A stretch of DNA of 64,000 nt. It comes from Deltaproteobacteria bacterium. Lineage in GTDB: Bacteria; Myxococcota_A; Polyangia; Fen-1088. This document shows, one piece after another, positions 1 to 7,894 of the stretch. Numbering within the stretch: position 1 is the stretch's first letter; every line of letters begins with the position of its first letter. The notes under the pieces are model-generated. The model searched no databases. It worked only from the letters and a program-made list of their open reading frames with translations, and was not told the origin of the DNA. Location: positions 90,821-154,820 of the forward strand of contig JANRKS010000026.1 in NCBI GenBank assembly GCA_033763315.1, read 5' to 3'. The translations under genes were made by a program, and so were the position numbers.

Positions 1-620
1 TCGATGCACCGTTTGGCGAGCAGATCGTTCAAATGCGTTTGCACGGCTGCCAGATCAGCCGAGCCGGCTTTGATGTCGTAGTTGCCATCCGCGCCCGCCA
101 CGGACGCGGCGATGATCGCGTTGCCCAAGGCATCGGTGAAGCCGAGGTTGAGGTTGCTGCGGCTGCCGTTGTTGGGCAAGCCAAGCGGCTCGTACTCTTG
201 GCCATTGCCTGAGTGAAACACCAGCAGCAGCGGGTACGCGTGTTGTTGATTGTAATCCGTTGGGAAAACATCCACGAAACCGTGCCCCATCACCTGCCCT
301 GCCACGATGCCGCTGGCGCCTGGCACGCCACAGCCCACGCTTGCTGCCGCTGGCACCGTGGTGGCGTCAGGCCTGGTTTCAGGGCGTGCCGCATCGGTCG
401 AGGGCATGGGCGAAGGCACCGCTGCATCCGCGAGCGTCGACCCGCCATCCTTGCCAACGGTTGCTTCACGCGCATCAGGCTCCTCGTCGTCACGCGTATC
501 GCCCGTTGGCGGGGGGATCTCCTCTTCGCTTTGTGCATTTTCGCCTGGACTGCAGCTCCACAAGGCGCAGCAAGCCATAAACACGCTCACAATGAAACCG
601 CGCGAAGCAGGGGATGCCAT
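1..620 (-). CDS. Secreted lipoprotein, probable alpha/beta-hydrolase (PHB depolymerase/CE1 esterase-like); runs off the window edge
   Basis: Not in the ORF track; translated by hand from ATG 620: MASPASRGFIVSVFMACCALWSC (lipobox-like), Pro/Asp-rich linker, then SVGCGVPG...PTDYNQQHAYPLLLVFHSGNG. Confidence 0.6.
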   Translation of the reverse strand, partial: MASPASRGFIVSVFMACCALWSCSPGENAQSEEEIPPPTGDTRDDEEPDAREATVGKDGGSTLADAAVPSPMPSTDAARPETRPDATTVPAAASVGCGVPGASGIVAGQVMGHGFVDVFPTDYNQQHAYPLLLVFHSGNGQEYEPLGLPNNGSRSNLNLGFTDALGNAIIAASVAGADGNYDIKAGSADLAAVQTHLNDLLAKRCI

Positions 621-632
621 GGCTTTGAGCAA

Positions 633-649
633 AGCAAACGTGTGGCCAA
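633..649 (-). promoter_or_regulatory. Putative sigma54 -24/-12 promoter
   Basis: Minus strand TTGGCCACACGTTTGCT: GG-N10-GC with TTGC at -12, about 13 nt upstream of ATG 620 and directly downstream of a sigma54 activator gene. Confidence 0.55.
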
Positions 650-734
650 CCCCTCTGCAGCCGTTTTCGCGGTGCATGCGAGGCCCGTCTGTGGGGTCAG
701 CAACGGTTCCCCGTAGGCGCGATCCTACAGCCGC

Positions 735-2021
735 TTAGCGAAAGCCGTGGCGGCGTAGCAAACCAAGCAGGTACTGGCGATCCATCTGTGCCATGCGCGC
801 CGCCGCCGAAGCGTTGCCGTTGGTTGCCTTTATGAGCTGTGCCAAAAACGTTTGTTCGAACTTGTTGAGCGCTGCCTGCCGCGCGTCTTTGTAACTCACA
901 CCTAAATCGCCATCGGCGGTGACCACATGGGCCGTTGTAGGTTCAAGCGACACAGATCCCACGGCCAACGCGCTTTCAACAACGTTGCGCAGCTCTCGGA
1001 CGTTCCCCGTCCATCGATGCGCGCGCAACGCCGCCAAAGTGGCTTCCGCGAACGGCTGCCCGGGCACGCCGGTGATCTCGGTGGCAAAGTGCTCAACCAA
1101 CGCGTCGATTTCTTCGGGACGTTCGCGCAGAGGTGGCACAAACAAACGGGCCACGGCAATGCGGAAATAAAGATCCGCGCGGAACGTGCCAGCGTTCGCC
1201 TCGGCGCGCAGGTCACGATGTGTGGCGCACACCAACCGCACATCGGTGGCCACGTCTTCTTTGCCACCCAAACGCCTGAACTTGCGACGTTCCAAAACGC
1301 CCAACAAGGCGGGTTGCACCGAGGCGGGCAACTCGCCGATCTCATCGAGAAAAACCGTGCCACCGTTGGCCTGCTCGAACGCGCCTTCATAGCGCTTGTC
1401 TGCGCCAGTGAAGGCTCCGCGCTCGTGGCCAAACAATTGCGAAGCAATCAAGGTCGGCGCCAACGCGGCAGCGTCGACAACAACAAATGGCCCCTTGCGG
1501 CGCGGGCCAAGCTCATGAATGGCACGCGCCAGAACATCCTTGCCCGTGCCTGTTTCGCCCTGGATCAAAACGGACGCGTTCGATTCAGCAAGCACGCGCG
1601 CTTTGGTGGCCACATCGCGCATCGCTGGGCTGCCGATGATCACACCCGGTAAGGTTGCCTCCTTCGCTTGGGGAACCACAACCTGCTCGGCGTCCACGGC
1701 GCTCAGCACATTGGCTCCAACCCTGATGCGCGTACCGGGGGGCACAATCGCATCCTGAACGCGAATGTCGCCGATGAACGTGCCGTTGCGGCTGCCCAGA
1801 TCGTGCACACCAATGCCCTGGCTGGCCGTCAATTCCAGGTGATACCGGCTCACGAGGGGATCGGTCAAACGCATTTCGTTGTCAGGAAATGTGCCAATCG
1901 CCACCCGTCCACCCACGCCATCCACCGTCAAGCCTTTGTCGGGTCCATCCAGAACCTGCACCGTGATGCGGCGAACCGTCATCGCCGAAAGCGGTTGGCT
2001 CTGCGTTTGTTCATGCTTCAT
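735..2021 (-). CDS. FHA-domain sigma54-dependent transcriptional activator (bEBP)
   Basis: FHA (VSRYH, LGSRNGT), Walker A GETGTGKD, GAFTGA, FLDEIGE, WTGNVREL, C-terminal HTH (NASAAARMAQM); start placed at MKHEQT. Confidence 0.93.
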   Translation of the reverse strand: MKHEQTQSQPLSAMTVRRITVQVLDGPDKGLTVDGVGGRVAIGTFPDNEMRLTDPLVSRYHLELTASQGIGVHDLGSRNGTFIGDIRVQDAIVPPGTRIRVGANVLSAVDAEQVVVPQAKEATLPGVIIGSPAMRDVATKARVLAESNASVLIQGETGTGKDVLARAIHELGPRRKGPFVVVDAAALAPTLIASQLFGHERGAFTGADKRYEGAFEQANGGTVFLDEIGELPASVQPALLGVLERRKFRRLGGKEDVATDVRLVCATHRDLRAEANAGTFRADLYFRIAVARLFVPPLRERPEEIDALVEHFATEITGVPGQPFAEATLAALRAHRWTGNVRELRNVVESALAVGSVSLEPTTAHVVTADGDLGVSYKDARQAALNKFEQTFLAQLIKATNGNASAAARMAQMDRQYLLGLLRRHGFR

Positions 2022-2031
2022 GCGTGTGGGT

Positions 2032-2634
2032 TCAAGGTAGCATTGGTTGGTAGCAAGCGTGAAACAGCGATCCTGCAGCAACGATGTCGTTCGCACACCG
2101 CACGCTTAAACGCTGATCAAACTGAGCCGACGACGCGGGGGGGCCCAGGGCGCACAGGCGAACGGCCTTGTCCAAGAACGCTCGTGTGCTCCATGCCGGG
2201 TCGCAGGCGCATGCGCCTGCCGTGGAGGATGGTTTCTGGCCGGTCTCGATCGACAAAGCGCGCAGGCAATAGACACGATCCGGTGCCAGGTCAATGATGG
2301 TGCCTGACATGGCCTCCGCCATCGCCGCGGGCGACGCCACCGTGGGTGCACCACACCGGCACACGCGCGAAGGCGCACGGCAAAGGCTTTGGTCTGAGAA
2401 ACAGTCTTGGCAAAACGAGGGCAAAAACGAAGCGACGCTGCCGTCGATTACCTCGTAGGCCTCAATGATGTGAGCATCCATGATCTGCAAGGGCCCGCCC
2501 GTGGCTGTGCCTCGGCAGGCCACGCCCGTGGTGCGCACAAGTTCCACCGACGTGATCTGCGTCTTGACGCCATTGTCACAACCAGCGATGGCCGCGACAA
2601 CACACACAAGAATGGGCCTAAACCGCAGCGTCAT
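2032..2634 (-). CDS. Cys-rich lipoprotein (paralog of 2631-3188)
   Basis: Lipobox IAGC; CQDC-x6-C-x6-CRCG...CACDPAW...CALG; ATGA overlap with upstream gene. Confidence 0.7.
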   Translation of the reverse strand: MTLRFRPILVCVVAAIAGCDNGVKTQITSVELVRTTGVACRGTATGGPLQIMDAHIIEAYEVIDGSVASFLPSFCQDCFSDQSLCRAPSRVCRCGAPTVASPAAMAEAMSGTIIDLAPDRVYCLRALSIETGQKPSSTAGACACDPAWSTRAFLDKAVRLCALGPPASSAQFDQRLSVRCANDIVAAGSLFHACYQPMLP

Positions 2635-3188
2635 GGTTCACACAAACCATGGCTCGCATCTGCGGGGCACTGCACGCGCAAAGTGTAAGGCAAGGCAGAA
2701 GGCACAAGCGGGGCAGAGAGCGCACAAACGCTATTGGGGTTTGGCTTTAGCCACTCCGGATCACACTCACACACGCGAGCCGCGGGGGCCGCGGAAACTG
2801 AACCGCGCACCAAAGCGCGCACACGCACGCAGTTTTGTGTGTCGCTCGACAAGCTTCCGATCGACTGGCCCTTCAAAGCCATGGCCAAAGCCGTGACGGG
2901 CGCCTGTGCCTGCAGCGTGCCACCGCAGTAGCACACGGCCTGCTCCAGAGCGCACGATTTGGGATTGGCAAAACAGTCCGCGCACCCCTGCAGCGTTGTC
3001 GATAAACGTTGCCCAGCGAGCGCGCGGTACGACGACACAACATACGTATCGAATTGCGGCACCCCACCGGAAACATCGATACACGCAGGGGTGGCATCGC
3101 GAAAAAACTCCAAAGGCGACACTTGCGTGGCCTCGTGACACGCGCCCAGCCATAAACCACAGGCCACAACCTTAGCGAAACACCGCAA
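2631..3188 (-). CDS. Cys-rich lipoprotein (paralog of 2032-2634)
   Basis: AGGAGG 9 nt before TTG 3188 gives MRCFAKVVACGLWLGAC (lipobox LGAC); CADC-x6-C-x6-CYCG...CECDPEW...CALS. Confidence 0.7.
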   Translation of the reverse strand: MRCFAKVVACGLWLGACHEATQVSPLEFFRDATPACIDVSGGVPQFDTYVVSSYRALAGQRLSTTLQGCADCFANPKSCALEQAVCYCGGTLQAQAPVTALAMALKGQSIGSLSSDTQNCVRVRALVRGSVSAAPAARVCECDPEWLKPNPNSVCALSAPLVPSALPYTLRVQCPADASHGLCEP

Positions 3189-4284
3189 TGTGTTTGACCT
3201 CCTGCGGTTGCGCCGCCCACCACACGAGCCCTCCCACCAGCGCCACACCCACGGCCGAGGAAAGCCAAAACAACGGGTGTTTATAGAACGGTTTTGGCAC
3301 CACCACACCCTTCCATTCTTCAATCAAAATGTGGCTAAGCGTGCGTGCTGACGCCGGCCCGCTATCAACCACCATTTGTGACCAACGCTTATTCAAGGCA
3401 CGGTCGTAGAGCACCCCATAAAATCGCCCCTCGTGGTTCCACAACAAGAGGGCCACGCGCACCGACCAGGCCTGCGTGGCAGCTCTCAAAGTGTCGCCTT
3501 CATTAGCGAACGCGGCCACGTCACGGGTCTCCCCCAACGCACGCGCCAGTTGTTCCTGCGTGTCCGCGGCGTTGCCTTCGTCGAGCGCCAACGTCACCGT
3601 TTGAGGCGCGCCCAAAACAATCGGCAAAGCGCGTTGCCGAAAACCCAGGTGCTTGGCCACCAAAACGTGCTCGCCCGCCAACACGTTCACATCACAAGGC
3701 GTGGCCACACACGCGGGGCGCCCGTCCAACTCCACGCGGCTGGTTTCGGGCACCGCCCGCACTTTGATCGTCACGCGCCCCTGCTCTTCCAATTGTTGCC
3801 GCGCGCGCTGAACCTCTCGTTGGAACTCAGGTGGCGTGCGCCGCAGCGTTTCGCCGGCGTCCAACTCGAAGGCCAAGAGCTTGCGCGTGATCTGCTGCGC
3901 CAAAGGTTTGCTGCCAGCGCCGTGGGCACAAGCCGCGCCCACGATTGCGGCTTGGGTGGCGGCCTGGCGTTGGCCTTCTTCAATCAATCGATCCAAAGAC
4001 AAATCAGCGTCCTGAATCAAAGCGAGGCAGCGCAAAAAATCAGCCTCCACGTACGCCCCCCAAAGCGCACGCAATTTCGGCTGCACGTCACGCGGCCCTG
4101 GTGGCGCGGCCGGCACCAACCGCACCACTTGCCACTGTCCGTCGTCGGTGGCCGCCAGCGCTTCTTGCAACCGCGGCAAATCAACGTCAACGCCCACCAC
4201 CACGCCGCCCGGTGGCACCGCAAAGACTCTGGGCGCACACATCGCCAGGACCGCGCCACACAAAGCGCCGAACAATCGAGCCAT
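3172..4284 (-). CDS. PEGA-domain membrane protein
   Basis: Signal peptide, helical region, PEGA-like VRAVPETSRVELDGR...GEHVLVAKHLGF, C-terminal PFYKHPLFW plus TM helix. Confidence 0.75.
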   Translation of the reverse strand: MARLFGALCGAVLAMCAPRVFAVPPGGVVVGVDVDLPRLQEALAATDDGQWQVVRLVPAAPPGPRDVQPKLRALWGAYVEADFLRCLALIQDADLSLDRLIEEGQRQAATQAAIVGAACAHGAGSKPLAQQITRKLLAFELDAGETLRRTPPEFQREVQRARQQLEEQGRVTIKVRAVPETSRVELDGRPACVATPCDVNVLAGEHVLVAKHLGFRQRALPIVLGAPQTVTLALDEGNAADTQEQLARALGETRDVAAFANEGDTLRAATQAWSVRVALLLWNHEGRFYGVLYDRALNKRWSQMVVDSGPASARTLSHILIEEWKGVVVPKPFYKHPLFWLSSAVGVALVGGLVWWAAQPQEVKHIAVFR

Positions 4285-4344
4285 GCGAAACAGGTTAACA
4301 CCTCACGGGCCCGCCCGAGCGATTCGCGCCACCCGGCCCATTCG

Positions 4345-4375
4345 AAAACAAGAAGCCGACCTTGCGGCCGGCTTC
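4345..4375 (-). terminator. Intrinsic terminator
   Basis: GAAGCCGGCC-GCAA-GGTCGGCTTC followed by TTGTTTT on the minus strand. Confidence 0.7.
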
Positions 4376-4471
4376 CGTTATTGACTGACACTATGTTTTG
4401 GCGACGACGTCGTCGATGCAGTTGCTGTGGGCCCCTTGATCTCCACCTTCAACAAGCCATCCCAATTCAGG

Positions 4472-5628
4472 AGCATAGGCGTTTCAAGCTGCATTTGCGC
4501 CTGCGTCATGAGGGCAACCATTGAGGCAAAGCGTTTCAAAAGACCGAAAACATCGATTCCGTCACTACGTTCCCCCGGTGAAAAACAAGGATTCTGCGCC
4601 TATTCCAGTCCACGGGACAGACGTATCCCTTGGCGATCGCCGGCCCTGGTTCGCCACCATTGCCTCTCCGCCAACACACCCTGCTACCAGTCGGCTGCGT
4701 CGCTTGGCGGCGCCCGCGCTGCCGCCACTTTGGGCGCGAAGGAGTTTTCTCCCAAGTGCTCCAGTATCCTCTCCACAGCATTCTGGTTAAACACTGCCGC
4801 CAAAACCGTCATGCGTCCGCCGCATCGACCACACGCAAGCACGTCAATCTTGAACACGCGCATCAACAACGCTGCCCAAGGGATTCGCTGACAGCATTTG
4901 CCTTTGTGCGGAGCCTGTTTAGGGGTTGCACCGGTGCAGGCTTGCCGTCGTGGCACAATCGCCGAGCGCCAGCCTGAAGCCGGCGCAAGCACACCGTGGT
5001 ACCGCATCGTATGGCTTCGAGGGCGGGGTATCAGAGGTATCAATTTCTCGATCAACTCCCCCGGCGATAGCAACAAGTGTGTTGTGCCATCCGACCAAGC
5101 TCGCTTGAGGCGCAGCGACAGACTTCCGTCTTCGCGCTCTTGCAATCGATCATCGGACAGAGGGGGTCTTGCAATGTACCTGCACAACGCTTCGAGTCCC
5201 ACACGATCATTGGCTGCCACGCGAACGTTTGTATGAATGTTGAAACCTTCAACCTCTGCGCAGGTTTTTCCCAGAAAACGCGCAACAGGTGTCTGTCCGG
5301 ATTTTAAGCGCCGAATTGGCAATCCCCGGCGTGATCCTGTGGCCACCATGCGACGTAATGATGCAGCCGCCATGGCCACCATGGCTGGCTCACGCACACC
5401 AACCGCATCCAGATCTGTATCGAAAAGCTTGGCCACCCGCCTATACACCCGCATCGCCACCTCACCCACGTCTTCATCGTCAGGTGCTGCCACGGCGTAG
5501 AACTGTGGCTTCCCTGCCGCATCCACTGCATAGGCGCCATCAAGCACCAGCGCATGAAAATGTACATTCAACGCCAGCGCCGAATCGAAACGTTGGATTG
5601 CAGTTGCCGCTCCCGTTTTCAGCAGCAA
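4472..5628 (-). mobile_element. 5'-truncated IS91/ISCR-like element with oriIS-like end
   Basis: Transposase fragment plus GCTTGAAACGCCTATGC (about 4473-4489), about 200 nt past the stop, resembling the ISCR oriIS pattern TTGAANTTCCTATAC. Confidence 0.7.
4684..5628 (-). pseudogene. IS91-family HUH (Y2-type) transposase lacking the N-terminal Zn-binding domain
   Basis: TGAATAIQRFDSALALNVHFHALVLDG (HUH), LEALCRYIARPP, RYHGVLAP, WAALLMRVF..CGRCGG; ORF begins abruptly at the TGA(V/A)T motif. Confidence 0.85.
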
Positions 5629-5660
5629 TCAACGGCAAAAGGCCGATCGCCTTCACTGCC

Positions 5661-5762
5661 GACCTCGACCAATTCATCGTTGTTGGCCAACCTCACCTGC
5701 ATCATCTTGTCCGTAAATACGTCGCTACAACAACGCCGAACGTTATGCTCAAAGGCATCGCT
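5661..5762 (+). pseudogene. Frameshifted integrase-core (rve-like DDE transposase) fragment
   Basis: DLDQFIVVGQPHLHHLVRKYV then, after a shift, YNNAERYAQ; resembles the CLDHxIVxGExHLxxxxxxYxxxYNxERPHQG segment. Confidence 0.5.
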
Positions 5763-5829
5763 GGGATGACTGCAACGCTTACGTGCGGTCACGACGTGCG
5801 GGGGAACGCGTGATGCAACTGCTGCAGCG

Positions 5830-5950
5830 GCTGTACGCGTAGCGCACGAATGCGTGTCCGCGGCTTTCCAGCTCTTTATCCACTTCGTCCAAAAGCACGT
5901 TCGCCCTCCTTCAGGGGGGCTCCCCACGACAGCGCCCACGCTGGGCGCAC
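5830..5950 (-). mobile_element. Internally deleted group IIC intron remnant
   Basis: Begins GTGCGCCCAGCGTGGGCGC (IIC 5' end) 8 nt after a terminator stem; 5904-5836 encodes ANVLLDEVDKELESRGHAFVRYA, the RT segment preceding YADD, here decayed to YAYS. Confidence 0.8.
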
Positions 5951-5955
5951 CATGC

Positions 5956-5990
5956 AAAAACCCCTGCAAGCCATAAGGTCTGCAGGGGTT
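5956..5990 (-). terminator. Peroxiredoxin terminator and group IIC intron target hairpin
   Basis: AACCCCTGCA-12nt-TGCAGGGGTT followed by TTT, just after the stop at 6012. Confidence 0.8.
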
Positions 5991-6011
5991 CTCGACACAA
6001 ACAGCTACGCG

Positions 6012-6611
6012 CTATTTGGCAACTTTTTGAAAGTAAGCCTTTGAGCCCTTCGGGTCGGCCTTCATCGTCTCTTGGCCGGGCTTCCAATCCGCGGGGCACA
6101 CGTCGCCGTGTTCTGCGTTGAAGCGCAAAGCTTGAATCACGCGCAAGGCCTCGTCCACCGAACGGCCCACAGGCAGGTCGTTCATGGTGATGTGGCGCAG
6201 CTTGCCTTCGGGATCGATGATGAACAGACCGCGCAATGTCACGCCAGCGTCGCCGCCATCTTCGATCAGAACGTCGTACGCCTTGGCCACTTCACGGGTC
6301 ACGTCGGCCAACAACGGAATCTTCACGCCCGAGATGCCGCCCTCTTTGCGCGACGTATTCCACCAAGCCAAGTGCGAAAACACGCTGTCGATCGAAGCGC
6401 CCACAACTTCAGCGTTGAGCTTTTGAAATTCTTCGGAGCGGTCGGAGAAGGCCAAGATCTCCGTGGGACACACAAACGTGAAATCCAACGGGTAAAAGAA
6501 TAAGACCAGGTACTTGCCCTTATAGTCTTTCAGCGAAACCGTACGGAATTCGCCGTTGTGCATGGCCTGGGTCGAAAAGTCGGGAGCCGGGTGTTGAACC
6601 TTGGCGGTCAT
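6012..6611 (-). CDS. ahpC: Typical 2-Cys peroxiredoxin (AhpC/Prx1)
   Basis: [23 protein letters not shown]-terminal YF; start [12 protein letters not shown]. Confidence 0.93.
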   Translation of the reverse strand: MTAKVQHPAPDFSTQAMHNGEFRTVSLKDYKGKYLVLFFYPLDFTFVCPTEILAFSDRSEEFQKLNAEVVGASIDSVFSHLAWWNTSRKEGGISGVKIPLLADVTREVAKAYDVLIEDGGDAGVTLRGLFIIDPEGKLRHITMNDLPVGRSVDEALRVIQALRFNAEHGDVCPADWKPGQETMKADPKGSKAYFQKVAK

Positions 6612-6792
6612 GAAGAATCTCCTGTGAAACGATTGTTTGCCTGTTTGGATGCCAACCGTGGTGGGCACGTGACAAAGAGGAGAACCTAGCAGGGGATGGC
6701 CCCGCGTCACAGCCCATCAGGCCGGCTTAGGCACAGCCAGGCCGAAGTCGCTTGCACTTTATGTGGTTAGCGCCGATACAATCCGGCCAAAC

Positions 6793-7839
6793 ATGGACTT
6801 GGCTGTCTCTCGGCGCGCGAGCGCACGCAACTCATTGTTAACTCGACCCGGCGCCTGCTTCACCTGCCACGCGGATGGCTCTTGCTGCACAAGCATCCAC
6901 CTGCTGGGCCCCGTCACGCGCTCTGAAATGGTGCCCGTCAACCGGCTGCGCAAACACTCGGTGGTTTGGGACAAAGACATTCGCGGCCACGTCTTCGCTT
7001 ACAAAGAGAACGGCACATGCGTGTTCTTGCGCGACGACAACCTGTGCGGCGTACACGCGAAGATCGGTGTGGATCAAAAACCCGCCACCTGCCGCAAGTT
7101 TCCCTACTCTTTGGTTGCCACGCCGGACGGGCGTCGCGTGGTCACAGCGCATCGTTGTTCCTGCCGCACCATGGGCGATCGGGCGCCTCTTGATCCCGTA
7201 ACGGTGGAAAAAGAAATTCGCATCGAAGGCGAGCCTTTGCGATCGGAGCGCGCCGTCAGCGGCCGCATCCCCGTGGCACCGCGCCAGCACGTGAGCTTTG
7301 AAACGTGGAAAGGCATCGAAGCCGGATTGCTCGACCGTCTGGCCAATCTTGAGAACCCGTGGAAGGTGCTCAAAGCCAAGCCCTTCCCAAAGCTCGCCAA
7401 ACGCCGTCAGTGGGCGGACGTGGCCGAGGATTACCACGATCAATTCGATGACTCCGCCTTCGAGATTGCCAAGGCATGGTTTGGCGACGCCATCTTGTTC
7501 GTCACCGAAGGTGAAGCGTTTCCGAAGCGAGAACGACCGTGGGCGCGTTTTTATGACGGCGCCGAAAAACGCGCGAAGCAAAAACGCAAACCCGTTGAGA
7601 TGCTGAATGACTTCCTGGCGGATGCCATTTGGTCGTTCGACTGGCTGGACTACGGCAGCTTTGCGCGCGGGCGCTATGAGATGGCCACCCGATTGGCGGT
7701 GGCCGACGCCATCGGCAAGCACCTGATCAAGCGCGGGATTCGGGCTGACCGTGCTTATGCCGAAGCATTGCTGGTGATCGAGCTTGTGGGCATCACCGAG
7801 CATTGGGAGGAAGTTGTTCCTCTGATGCCCAACAAATAA
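6793..7839 (+). CDS. YkgJ-family cysteine cluster (Zn/Fe-chelating) protein
   Basis: FTCHADGSCC, CVFL..NLCGVH, KPATCRKFP. Confidence 0.8.
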   Translation: MDLAVSRRASARNSLLTRPGACFTCHADGSCCTSIHLLGPVTRSEMVPVNRLRKHSVVWDKDIRGHVFAYKENGTCVFLRDDNLCGVHAKIGVDQKPATCRKFPYSLVATPDGRRVVTAHRCSCRTMGDRAPLDPVTVEKEIRIEGEPLRSERAVSGRIPVAPRQHVSFETWKGIEAGLLDRLANLENPWKVLKAKPFPKLAKRRQWADVAEDYHDQFDDSAFEIAKAWFGDAILFVTEGEAFPKRERPWARFYDGAEKRAKQKRKPVEMLNDFLADAIWSFDWLDYGSFARGRYEMATRLAVADAIGKHLIKRGIRADRAYAEALLVIELVGITEHWEEVVPLMPNK

Positions 7840-7894
7840 GCCTCGCAGTCGCGCAACGTTGGGCCGAGCGCGCCAACCACGATATGATGGGCGC

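Noticed and set aside
5619-5969. 116-aa ORF as the missing N-terminus of the IS91 transposase
   Set aside because: No Zn-binding or RQWVLS-type motifs; the DNA is explained by intron and integrase fragments in other frames
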